From Octopus vulgaris (taxonomy: Eukaryota), in NCBI GenBank assembly GCA_951406725.2, contig OX597816.1, positions 155,682,001-155,746,000 of the forward strand: DNA of 64,000 nucleotides. Reading direction: 5' to 3'. Position numbers and translations under genes: made by a program. Positions 1 to 11,899 of the stretch are shown piece by piece; position 1 is the stretch's first letter, and every line of letters starts with the position of its first letter. Below the pieces are notes generated by a model. The model had not been told where the DNA came from. It saw nothing but the letters and a program-made list of their open reading frames with translations, and made no database searches.

Positions 1-323
1 GACCCCAGCATTCATTTTCTTTTCAAGTCTGGTACTTATTCTATTGGTCTCTTTTGCCAAACCATTAAATCACAGGGATGTAAACACACTAACACAGGCT
101 GTCAAGTGGTGGTGAGGGGACAAACACAGACACAAAGACACACACATAGATACATATGACAATCTTCTTTCCGTTTCCGTCTACCAAATCTGTTCACAAA
201 GCTTTGAGCAGCCCGAGGCTGTAGTGAAGACACTTGCCCAAGGTGCCATGCAGTTGGACTGAACCTGGAACCATATGGTTGGGAAGAAGCAAGCTTCTTA
301 CTACACAGCCAAACCTGCACCTA
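1..323 (-). mobile_element. tRNA-derived SINE, family A (partial)
   Basis: Minus strand head with box A/B-like motifs (tggctgtgtag...ggttcagtcc) followed by ttgggcaagtgtcttc; many copies in the window. Confidence 0.75.
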
Positions 324-339
324 CATATTCTTTTATTCT

Positions 340-706
340 TGTATTGTTTTACTTGTTTCAGTCATTTGACTATGGCCATGCTGGAGTAACGCCTTTAGTC
401 GAACAAATTGACCCCAAGACTTATTCTTTGTAAGCCTAGTACTTTTGCCGAACCGTTAAGTTACAGGGACAAAAACACACCAAAATCTGTTGTTAAGCAA
501 TGGTGGGAGACAAACTTGGGCACACAAACATATATATACATATATATACGATGGGCTTCTTTCAGTTTCTGTCTACCAAATCCACCCACAAGGCTTTGGT
601 TGGCCCGAGGCTAAAGTAGAAGACACTTGCCCAAGATGCCACGCAATGGGACTGAACCTGGAACCATATGGTTTGTAAGCAAACTTCTTACTACACAGCC
701 ACTCCA
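340..706 (-). mobile_element. tRNA-derived SINE, family A
   Basis: Colinear with the copies at 40688-41074 and 44971-45343. Confidence 0.8.
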
Positions 707-722
707 TATATCTATATGTATG

Positions 723-1040
723 TCATCATCGTCATCATTGTTTAACGTCCATCTTCAATGCATGCATGAGTAGGATGGATGACAGGAGCCAGCCAGGTAG
801 AAAAATTACCCTAGGCTACTGTGTCTGTTTTGGCAAGGCTTTTACAGCTGGATGCCCTTCCTATCACCGACCACTCTGTAGAGTAGACTCAGTATTTTTT
901 ATTTGGTACTAGCACAGGTGAGGTTAGTCTTTGCATCATTTTTACAGCTGGATGCTCTTCCAAGCACCAACCATATTATAGTGTGAACCGGATGATTTTA
1001 ATGTGGTACCAGCACTGGCAGGGTAACCAGGTAACTCACA
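723..1040 (-). mobile_element. RTE-related 3' end fragment with (GAT)n tail
   Basis: catcatc-gtttaacgtcc...ctggatgcccttcc, reverse complement of the 3' end of the RTE at 42700-44943; diverged. Confidence 0.6.
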
Positions 1041-1407
1041 ATATAAGGAATTATGAGACAAACAGAACATTTGAAGAGGGGAACTTGTGTCAGAGGATGG
1101 AAGGTTAGAGTGTGACAAAGAGAAAAAAGCAGGTGTCTTGCCATAGCAGAGGAGGTATTAGAGGAGGTGATCTGGTATCAAATAATGAAAGGTTATAGTG
1201 TAACAGAGAAACAGAGGCAGGAACAGGTGTCTTGCTATAAGAGGAAGTACATGATTACACAAAGAAAGAGAAAGAGAGGAGGGAGAGAGAGAGAGAGAGA
1301 GAGAGGGGGGTGCAACAGAAGCCAGAAACAAGCATGCTGATGTAAAGGAGATACTTTGTTACCCAGTCAGAGGAAAAATGAGTGAAGAAGCGAGAGAGTG
1401 ACCAAAT

Positions 1408-1459
<52 letters not shown>

Positions 1460-1784
1460 AAACAGCAAAAGTGTAAGAGAGAGTAAAAGAGAGATGGTAT
1501 AGTGCTAAGGTAAACTCACAAGTAACAAAAATATGAGCATAGAACCTGGTTAGAAAAATAGGGTGTGAGTGTGGGTATTGGGGTATGGGCAGCGATACAG
1601 TGAAGGATACACATCATTGGACAGAATGGACTAAGCGGAACAAGAGGATACACTAGGATGGAAGTGTTGCTGAAGGTATCACAGATGTGCTATGAAAGAT
1701 TCTGGACAATGGACATCAGTTGCAATAAGAACAGTAATAATTGAGTGAATATTTATTTGGCAAAAAAAAAATAATGACTATTAC

Positions 1785-2242
1785 AGGAGCAAGAGTGGCT
1801 GTGTGGTAAGTAACTTGCTTCCCAACCACATGGTTCCAGGTTCAGTCCCACTACATGGCACCTTTGGCAAGTATCTTCTACCATAGCCTCGGGCTGATCA
1901 AAGTGAGTGGATTTTGTGGACGGAAACTGAAAGAAGCCCTCAGTCAAACTGCCCAACCCAAGCCAACATGGAAAGCAGATGTTAAGTGATGATGATGATG
2001 ATGATGACATATAAATGTGTGTGTATGTGTTTATGTTTGTATGTCTGTGTTTGTCCCCCGCCACTGCTTGACAACCGATGTTGGTCTTTTTACGGCCCTG
2101 TAACTTAGCTGTTCGGCCAAAGAGACTGATAGAATAAGTACTTGGCTTAAAAAAGAATAAGTCCTGGAGTTGATTTGTTTGACTAAAAGGTGGTGCTCCA
2201 GCATGGCTGCAGTCAAATAACTGAAACAAATAAAAGAATAGA
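1785..2242 (+). mobile_element. Family A SINE interrupted by a short RTE tail
   Basis: Head gagtggctgtgtggtaag...ggttcagtccc; (GAT)n tail piece at about 1955-2007; SINE body resumes at about 2040. Confidence 0.7.
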
Positions 2243-2251
2243 AGAATCCTG

Positions 2252-2306
<55 letters not shown>

Positions 2307-2665
2307 AATCATATCAAAAGGGAAATGGAATTTAATTAAATTTAAAATATTCAATCAAAATTTACATTTCCAGTGGTCTAACGTGCAAAAAAATTAGTCA
2401 AGAAGACTATATATTAGTTATGTTTTTCATTTCCAAATTTATTTGTTGAATTTTATCCGTTATTTTTGTGGTTCTCTAATGTGTTGAATCTCACCCTAAG
2501 TGTGGATTCCTTATGTGTATAAATATACACTATATCATATAACTAATATATATATATATATATATTATACAAACACACAAATATATATATATAAATATTA
2601 CATAGCATACAGATATATAGTATATACTATATATATATATATATATTCTCTCCTTGTTTCTTTCC

Positions 2666-3966
2666 GTGTTCCTTTCTGTGGAAGAGCGTAGGCTCGAAAC
2701 GTTAAAGAATTTTTCATTTCCCGAGCGTTATACTAATACATCTGTTTGTTGTCTACAACACCTGTCATCATCTTGTGAATTCTTCCTATATATATATATA
2801 TATATATATACACATACACACACACATATATGGTATAATGGTGTATATATATACACGCACACATATATATATATAAATATATATACACATATATGGTATA
2901 TATACAGCATATAGTATATAAATACTATATAGCATACAATTTACTTCTAAAGAAATAAAGCCTGTAGAAAGAAGCAGACTGATAAATTGCATTAAAGCTT
3001 AAAGTGTTTGCTGTAAGCTAAAGAAATTACATTACGTAAAAGATATGCACATCTTAAATATGTACATTGAAAAGAGACTCTTTGTACTTTTTCAATAGAT
3101 CTATGTTTGCAAGTCTAAAAGTGAAGATATATTTTCATGAATACTGAGAATTTTCATTGATATCTTTTAACTAAAGATAACGTGGATACTTCAAATGGGT
3201 ATAGGGCCTCACATGTGGGTGGATGAGAAGCTTAAATTTGAACAATGATGCTATTCAAACGATACTTTATTTCATTGTCTCTGAAAGGAAGAAAGCCAAT
3301 GTCAATTCCAGAGATAGCTAAATTCAGAACATAGAGAGGAGATGAAGAGAATTTGACAGCCTGATCACTTCTCTCTTGTTTTTTATGTATCCACTGCTCC
3401 CCTTCGAATGGAGGTAAACACTAACAGTAAAAGGCTGGAAATATATGATGCATGTGCACACACACACACAGACAGACACACATACAGGCACATACATGTA
3501 CACACATGCATGCACGCATGTATACACACATGCACACCACACACACATGCGCACACATACACTGACATGCACACACACACACTGACACACACTGACACAC
3601 GGTTTTGTGAGCAACCAAAGATTTATGAGGGGATGTCCACTTCTGTTGCAGGATTGCTATGCCTAATTAATCCAATTTGGAACAAATACACACGACCTGA
3701 GAGGCTTCATGGGAAGAGAGTCTGATCAAAGTCTGTCATAGTCTCCTTGTTTTCCTTCCTTTTACACTTGTCTGCAATGATGGTCCTGCAAATGTCTCCA
3801 AAAAAGGCTATTATCTGGAGGATAAAGAGACACCAGTTTTCACAGTGTTCCTTTCTGTGGAAGAGCATAGGCTCGAAACGTTAAAGACTTTTTCATTTCC
3901 CAAGCATTATACTAATATATCTGTTTGTTGTCTACAACACCTGTCATCATCTTGTGAATTCTTCCT

Positions 3967-4045
<79 letters not shown>

Positions 4046-4056
4046 TGGTATAATAG

Positions 4057-4090
<34 letters not shown>

Positions 4091-4101
4091 CATATAGTAC
4101 A

Positions 4102-4138
<37 letters not shown>

Positions 4139-5208
4139 GTATATATACAGCATATAGTATATAAATACTATATACCATATAATTTACTTCTAAAGAAATA
4201 AAGCCTGTAGAAAGAGGCAGACTGATAAATTGCATTAAAGCTTAAAGTGTTTGCTGTAAGCTAATGAAATTACATTACGTAAAAGATATGCACATCTTAA
4301 ATATGTACATTGAAAAGAGACTCTTTGTACTTTTGCAATAGATCTATGTTTGCAAGTCTAAAAGTGAAGATATATTTTCATGAATACTGAGAATTTTCAT
4401 TGATATCTTTTAACTAAAGATAACGTGGATACTTCAAATGGGTATAGGGCCTCACATGTGGGTGGATGAGAAGCTTAAATTTGAACAATGATGCTATTCA
4501 AACGATACTTTATTTCATTGTCTCTGAAAGGAAGAAAGACAACGTCAATTCCAGAGATAGCTAAATTCAGAACATAGAGAGGAGATGAAGAGAATTTGAC
4601 AGCCTGATCACTTCTCTCTTGTTTTTTATGTATCCACTGCTCCCCTTCAAATGGAGGTAAACATTAACAGTAAAAGGCTGGAAATATATGATGCATGTGC
4701 ACACACACACACAGACAGACACACATACAGGCACATACATGTACACACATGCATGCACGCATGTATACACACATGCACACCACACACACATGCGCACACA
4801 TACACTGACATGCACACACACACACTGACACACACTGACACACGGTTTTGTGAGCAACCAAAGATTTATGAGGGGATGTCCACTTCTGTTGCAGGATTAC
4901 TATGCCTAATTAATCCAATTTGGAACAAATACACACGACCTGAGAGGCTTCATGGGAAGAGAGTCTGATCAAAGTCTGTCATAGTCTCCTTGTTTTCCTT
5001 CCTTTTACACTTGTCTGCAATGATGGTCCTGCAAATGTCTCCAAAAAGGCTATTATCTGGAGGATAAAGAGACACCAGTTTTCACAGTGTTCCTTTCTGT
5101 GGAAGAGCATAGGCTCGAAACGTTAAAGACTTTTTCATTTCCCAAGCATTATACTAATATATCTGTTTGTTGTCTACAACACCTGTCATCATCTTGTGAA
5201 TTCTTCCT

Positions 5209-5287
<79 letters not shown>

Positions 5288-6371
5288 TGGTATAATAGTT
5301 ATATATATATATATATATATATATAGCATATAGTACATACTATATATATATATATATATATGTATGGTATATATACAGCATATAGTATATAAATACTATA
5401 TACCATATAATTTACTTCTAAAGAAATAAAGCCTGTAGAAAGAGGCAGACTGATAAATTGCATTAAAGCTTAAAGTGTTTGCTGTAAGCTAATGAAATTA
5501 CATTACGTAAAAGATATGCACATCTTAAATATGTACATTGAAAAGAGACTCTTTGTACTTTTGCAATAGATCTATGTTTGCAAGTCTAAAAGTGAAGATA
5601 TATTTTCATGAATACTGAGAATTTTCATTGATATCTTTTAACTAAAGATAACATGGATACTTCAAATGGGTATAAGGCCTCACATGTGGGTGGATGAGAA
5701 GCTTAAATTTGAACAATGATGCTATTCAAACGATACTTTATTTCATTGTCTCTGAAAGGAAGAAAGACAACGTCAATTCCAGAGATAGCTAAATTCAGAA
5801 CGTAGAGAGGAGATAAAGAGAATTTGACAGCCTGATCACTTCTCTCTTGTTTTTTATGTATCCACTGCTCCCCTTCAAATGGAGGTAAACATTAACAGTA
5901 AAAGGCTGGAAATATATGATGCATGTGCGCACACACAAACAGACAGACAGACACACATACAGGCATATACATGTACACACATGCATGCACGCATGTATAC
6001 ACACACGTACACCACACACACATGCGCACACATATGTGCACATGCACACACGCACACACATGTATACACATACACTGACATGCACACACACACACTGACA
6101 CACACTCACACTGACACATACACACATGGTTTCGTGAGCAACCAAAGATTTATGAGGGGATGTCCACTTCTGTTGCAGGATTGCTATGCCTAATTAATCC
6201 AATTTGGAACAAATACACACGACCTGAGAGGCTTCATGGGAAGAGAGGCAGATCAAAGTTTGTCATAGTCTCCTTGTTTTCCTTCCTTTTACACTTGTCT
6301 GCAATGATGGTCCTGCAAATGTCTCCAAAAAAGGCTATTATCTGGAGGATAAAGAGACACCAGTTTTCACA
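2666..6371. repeat. Tandem triplication of a ~1.2 kb unit (2666-3844, 3845-5086, 5087-6371)
   Basis: Each unit starts gtgttcctttctgtggaagagc and ends gagacaccagttttcaca; high identity apart from microsatellite length. Confidence 0.95.
2672..2707 (+). ncRNA. Minimal type I hammerhead-ribozyme-like motif (copies at 3851-3886 and 5093-5128)
   Basis: cttt-CTGTGGA-A-GAGC(gtag)GCTC-GAAAC-GTT-aaag: stem I cttt/aaag, stem II GAGC/GCTC, palindromic AACGTT in place of stem III; core deviates from CUGANGA. Confidence 0.6.
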
Positions 6372-6864
6372 GTCAATGGGCATGAACTGCCAACTGGGAT
6401 TAATGAGGCAGGCACCAAGAAATTCCTTTCAGCAGCCCTTGTACCATTTCTTTGGTGCTCCTCTTAGGAAGTCGATGATCTTCCATCCTAGTGATGTGCT
6501 CTGTCCAGCCTCGTTGCCTCTTCAGCAGAGTTGCTTCAATGCCGGTGATTCTGGCCTCTTCTAGGGCTTTGATGTTTGTGAATCCAGTGAATACTGAGGA
6601 TGATGCAAAGGAATATATACTGAGAAGTGTTCTAGTTGGTTCCTTTTACAACAATATGTTCTTGATCAAAATAGAATGGAGGTGTTGATATGATGTCAGT
6701 TGAATAGCTGTGAAGTCAGCAGTTCGTGTTCTTGTCACTGACAGTGTATTGTGTTCACTCCCACTGCATGGCACCTCAGGCAAGAGTCTTCTACTATAGC
6801 CTCAGGCAGATCAAAGCTTTGTGAATGGATTTGATGAACGGAAACTGAAAGAAGACTGTCTTAT

Positions 6865-7035
6865 CGCCCGTTGCTACGTTCTGAGTTCGAATTCCGCCGA
6901 GGTCAACTTTGCCTTTCATCCTTTCGGGGTCGATAAATTAAGTACCAGTTACGCACTGGGGTCGATGTAATCGACTTAATACCTACGTCTGTCCTTGTTT
7001 GTCCCCTCTATGTTTAGCCCCTTGTGGGTAATAAA
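6865..7035 (+). mobile_element. SINE family B (central domain gcctttcatcctttcggggtcgataaa)
   Basis: gagttcgaattcc box-B-like motif plus the conserved central domain; more than 10 copies in the window. Confidence 0.75.
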
Positions 7036-7234
7036 GAAACATATATATAAGTGTGTGTGTGTGTTCCACCACTGCTTGACAACTGGTGTTAGTGAGTTAT
7101 GTCCCCTTAACTTAGCTGTTTGGCAAAAGGGACTAATAGAAAATATACCAGGCTTAAAATAACAGCAAGTACTTGAGTCGATCCATTCAACTAAAACTTC
7201 TTCAAGGCAGTGGCCCAGCATGGTCACAGCTTAA

Positions 7235-7455
7235 CCCTTTCATTACCAACCCGGCTGAAACCGGCTCTGGCTCTGTAGTACAAATGTCTTGTTTTCATAA
7301 GTTTTGAATTAAAATCTTCCACCAAACTTTAGTCACAATTTATGTTCCAAACACTAGCTTAATGATAACTAAGTTATTTTACTAAAATATTTGTTATATT
7401 TAAAGTAATTGAAAGAAACACAGAACATCTCAAAATAAATACGGTAATGAAAGGG
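7235..7455. mobile_element. piggyBac-type MITE nested in a family A SINE tail
   Basis: 13 bp TIRs ccctttcattacc / ggtaatgaaaggg flanked by TTAA on both sides (7231-7234, 7456-7459). Confidence 0.9.
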
Positions 7456-7627
7456 TTAATGAGTGAAACAAGTAAAAGATAAAAGATAGTAAATATACCT
7501 AACAATTATAAAATTTCAACCTTATCTTAATTGTAATTTCCTCCATATCAAAACTACTTAATCACCATTCTGTCAGCATTTATGTGAGAAATAAGGTAAT
7601 ACAATATTTTTATTACAATACAATACA

Positions 7628-7990
7628 AGGCAGAGAGCTGGCAAAAAACGTGAGCATGCCAGGTGAAATGCTTAGCGGTATTTCAACTGTTGTTACGTTC
7701 TGAGTTCAAATTCCATGAAGGTCCACTTTGCCTTTCATCCTTTCAAGGGTCGATAAATTAAGTACCAGTTGCATGCTGGGTTGATCTAATTGATTGGCCC
7801 CCTCTCCAAAACTTTTAGGCGTTGTGTCTAGAGCAGAAAAGTTTACGTTCTGAGTTCAAATTCTGCCTTGGTTGACTTTGTCTTTCATTCTTTTGGGGTC
7901 GATAAATCAAGTACCAGTTGCATATTGGGTTCAATCTAATCAACTAGCCCACTCCCCAAAAATTTCGGGCCTTGTGCTTAGAGTAGAAAA
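7628..7990 (+). mobile_element. Two adjacent family B SINEs (second 5'-truncated)
   Basis: aggcagagagctggca head; ttacgttctgagttcaaatt at about 7693 and 7843. Confidence 0.75.
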
Positions 7991-8109
7991 AAAAATACAA
8001 TACTTTTCTATATTTTTATTAGTATCATCCTCCATCTTTATTAGAGCATATTTTTAACCCTTTATCATTAGGATTACACAATCAAATGTAATGTTTATTT
8101 CCTTTTCCT

Positions 8110-8420
8110 TGTTGCAGTCATTTGACTACAGCCATGCTGGAGCACCACCTTTAATTGAACAAATCGACCACAGAATTTATTCTTTGTATGCCTAGTACTT
8201 ATTCTATCAGTCTCTTTCATTAAACTGCCACAGAGACAAAAAAATACACACACACATACATATATGACAGACTTCTCTCAGTTTCCATCTACCAAATCCA
8301 CTCACAAGGCTTTGGATGGCCTGAGGTTATAGTAGAAGACAGTTACCCAAGGTGTCACACAGTGGAACTGATCCCGGAACCATGTGACTGGAAAGCAAGC
8401 TTCTTACCACACAACCATGC
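8110..8420 (-). mobile_element. Family A SINE
   Basis: cagtcatttgact...ccaaggtgtcacacagtgg...cttaccacacaacc. Confidence 0.7.
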
Positions 8421-8499
8421 TGTTTGGAATTAATCATGCATCGTCTCGTAGTTTCAAGATTTTGATGATGGGATTGTGTATTTTTAGTATGAATCCTGG

Positions 8500-9035
8500 T
8501 TCAGTTAAATCTATTGTGGCTCTAAATTATGCCATCTGTAGTGCAGCATTGTATTGCCCAATTTTGGTTTGAAAGTATTTGGAATCTTGGTCAGTTGATG
8601 ACAACAGTTTATTTAATGGCTCTGGAGGTTGGGGAATTGCAGGGAGTTTTAACCTTTCCACCACTGCTGCACAGTGCAGGTGTCTCTCCAGGCCACTTTC
8701 TCACTTTACAATGTATGCACTCAATTGTCATTGCACCAATGGAAACTCTAGTATCATCTGCGTAATGAACTACTGGATCGTAATTGAAAGCTGCTTCATA
8801 GAAGTTGTTTCTCTGAGTTGTTGCAACTACTCTTCATTCTGCAGTGGAGATCCTATTCCTTGTCAACCTTGCTTACCTCTGTTCATCACTTTGAGATGCT
8901 CTGGCTTTTGTAGTGCAGTCTGTTTGTTTCTTGGTATGCTTCTCTTTCTGAAGCTGTCTCTCTTTCCCTGGACAGAGGCAGTCTTTTGGCTGACCTTGAC
9001 ATTGTAGACAAATCTGACACTTTCCTTCTAGGCAT
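8500..9035 (-). pseudogene. Helitron Rep/helicase N-terminal fragment
   Basis: Minus strand reads MPRRKVSDLS... and, after disruptions, AAFNYDPVVHYADDTRVSIGAMTIECIHCKVRKWPGETPALCSSGGKVK/LPAIPQPPEPL, the typical Helitron AF.Y...IG.M...C.HC...GE...CC..GKV.LP...PPEPL region. Confidence 0.8.
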
Positions 9036-9489
9036 GGTTATATAAGTATACAGAAATATACGGATGCAGAAAGTAGTAAACAATGAAAATAACTGGGTAA
9101 CGGAAATTATGTTTCTTAATACAACAGGTAGAAAGTAAATAAGAAATTTTTATGGAAAATAAAGAATTGTATGGTTGCAGTCAAATGACTGAAGCAAATA
9201 AAAGAGTACACACACACACACACACAAAATATATATATATATAGTTAAAATTCTCTTTTGAATCATAGATAATGTAGAAGTGTTCAAATCGAACCTGAGG
9301 TGTTACATAAGTATAATGGATAGAATAGAAAAAGTTCAACTCAGGCAGACTACAATTAATACATACAATAAGAATTGTCCAAGCTGAAACATATATTGAT
9401 ATACTAGAGATATAAGAATCATCTTCAGAAATATAAAAATATATGACTACTAAAAATATACATGGGCATATAATATGTAAACAGAATAA

Positions 9490-11400
9490 TAATGGAATAT
9501 AGATTGAATTTGCACCTATATGATAGGACTAAACCATACATACCAAATTTGAACCTACAAGACAGGACTGAATCATACGTACCAAGAACCCTCCACTTTA
9601 CATTAAAAGATCATAAAACTAACTTCCATTCAAAACCATCTATCAGGCTTTTATGCCCTACAAAATCTCATTTGGGAAAAATTAGAAAATGCATATTGGG
9701 CAGAATAATACCAGTGATTAAAGATAATGTTACACTTCCTCTGTGGAATTTAACTGGGAACATAATGATATGGTTCCATTGCCTCCTGATAAGCAACATA
9801 CTTGTTTTGTGCAATTTGACATTTCGAACTATTATGCCACTATTTTCCCAATATTATTGAACAAGGCTTTGATATTTGCCTGTGATTTTGCTAACATCCC
9901 TCAATCCAATATTGACATTATTTTGACAGTGAGAAATACCTTAATTAACTTTAAGGAGCATAATTGGATTAGAAGTGACTTGACAAACTATTATGACATC
10001 ACAATGAGTTCGTATTCAGCACAGCTGACTGATCTTGTGAGTCTGTAGCTCCTGTCTCAAATCAAGAAAAGCTTTCTAAAAGTTTCTGGTGGGCTTTATA
10101 GGGACAGCACACTCCTGGCAGTAAATGGTTTCTCTAAACCGGAGATTGAGAGAATTAAGTCATTAGGAAAATTTCATTTCAATTTCTTTAATCTCAATAT
10201 TGTATTTGAGACTGACACAAAATTGCCAACTTTTTACATGCCACACTTAAATTTAAGCACTAAATTATATTACCTATACAGCAAACCAAACCAAACCAAA
10301 CATTACAATATATAAACATCTCTTCTAATCATCCTAAATTAACCATCGATAGTATAATTATGGCCATCTCCATTAGAATCTCCAACCTATTGGCAAATGA
10401 GGAGATTTTTAATGTGCATGCCCCACTTAATAATATTGCCCTAAAATTAAGTGGCTTTCATGTTCTACATCCCTGACACCAAACTCAAAACCAAATTAGC
10501 TAATCTAACATCTCATATTAACTCTGATACAACTAAAATGATCTCCTTAAATTATAAACCTATAAGAAAACCTTTTGTTAACAATACTAAATTCTATAAT
10601 GGGTATGCTAGTAATTGTAATAAATACAGTCCCTCTATATTTGAACACTCTAATGTGGTAACACACCCTAAATCTAGAAAAAGAAAAAATTATTTGGTTC
10701 GCCCCCACCATTTTCTCTCAGAGTCAAAAATCTACCAAAGTTGTTCTTCAAAATTCTGAAACTAAATTTTCCCCAAAACTACAAATACAACTCTATATTT
10801 AATAAACACTCTATAAAATTATCTTACTCTACCACACCTAATTTGGGTTCAATTATCGCATCTACAAACAGAAATAAAATTCAATTCCAAATGACTAAAA
10901 GCATAGATCACCATAAGATACCCCATATAAGTCCAAATAATATTAATAAAACAAAAATTATAGGAAAGCAAAAATATGTAATTGTATGGCCCCTGAATTA
11001 TATCCACTTGATGATTTATGTTTACACAAAAAACATAATCTATAAATACACAATGGCAAATGACAAACATCAGGCTAGAGTATACATAGGAAGCACTAAA
11101 GACATCAAGAAGCAGTATATAGAGCACATGTAAATTCTTTTAATAAGTTAAAACATAAAAATTCAATGACACTAGCCACATCTATACACGACTAAAAATT
11201 ACAGAACATTAATTATTCATTATCTTGGTCAATATAATAGATGAGGCCCCACCATACAATACAATTATTGGCAGATATTGAATATGTATAAAAGAATCAT
11301 ACATTGTCCTTCACATGTTTAATTCTTCTGTTTTAAATACGTTTTCTGATGCTATTCATTCGTGCAACCACAGATGCTATTCAACTTTCATAAGATGATT
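9490..11400 (+). mobile_element. Degenerate Penelope-like element (RT + GIY-YIG)
   Basis: TLKDHK.NF...P.IRL..PTKS; VQFDISNYY (RT motif A); LYRDS (decayed YRDD, about 10096); YSKPN...YIN.SSNHP; IIYKYT...VYIGST; many frameshifts. Confidence 0.85.
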
Positions 11401-11702
11401 TAAATTTGAACCCACTTAGCAATAATTTCTGTTGCACAACAATATGTCATTAATACAAAAATGAATTTTAAGAAAGAAAGTAAGCAATCTAATTTTATTC
11501 CCAATAGCCCTTGTAAAAACTTCCATAATTTACATAGCTATATCCACTCTTCTATAAAAGCATCCAATTATCACATACCTAGGTAAAGAACTGAATGCTG
11601 CTCTGCAGTAATTTTTTTTTTCCTTTACAAGAATCTTTTGTTTGCACCATGAGGTACTGTTGGTTTAATTATTGTTGTTACTATTATTGTTGCAGACCTT
11701 AC

Positions 11703-11792
11703 CCATTTGGCAGGCATTGTTGAAATTGTGTGCTTTCCCCTACGGGGGAAGGATTTGAACCTGTTGTATCACTATGTTGAGCTGTTTGCTCT
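11703..11792 (-). CDS. Possible WDR93-like exon 8 (90 nt, phase 2-2)
   Basis: tttttttctctcaaaag| (R)EQTAQHSDTTGSNPSPVGESTQFQQCLPN GG|gtaagg; phase fits exon 7 and the donor is strong, but I recognise no homology. Confidence 0.45.
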
Positions 11793-11899
11793 CTTTTGAG
11801 AGAAAAAAATATGATAATTCTCCTGTGAGAGAATTTTCTTTTTGAAACAAAAAATTTTTTTTTTTGTGTATTTTCTTCATGGAAGTGCAAATTATAAAA

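Noticed and set aside
11579-11602. 24 nt micro-exon AAFSSLP with a gtatgt donor
   Set aside because: The acceptor is preceded by an A-run rather than a pyrimidine tract; no supporting homology.
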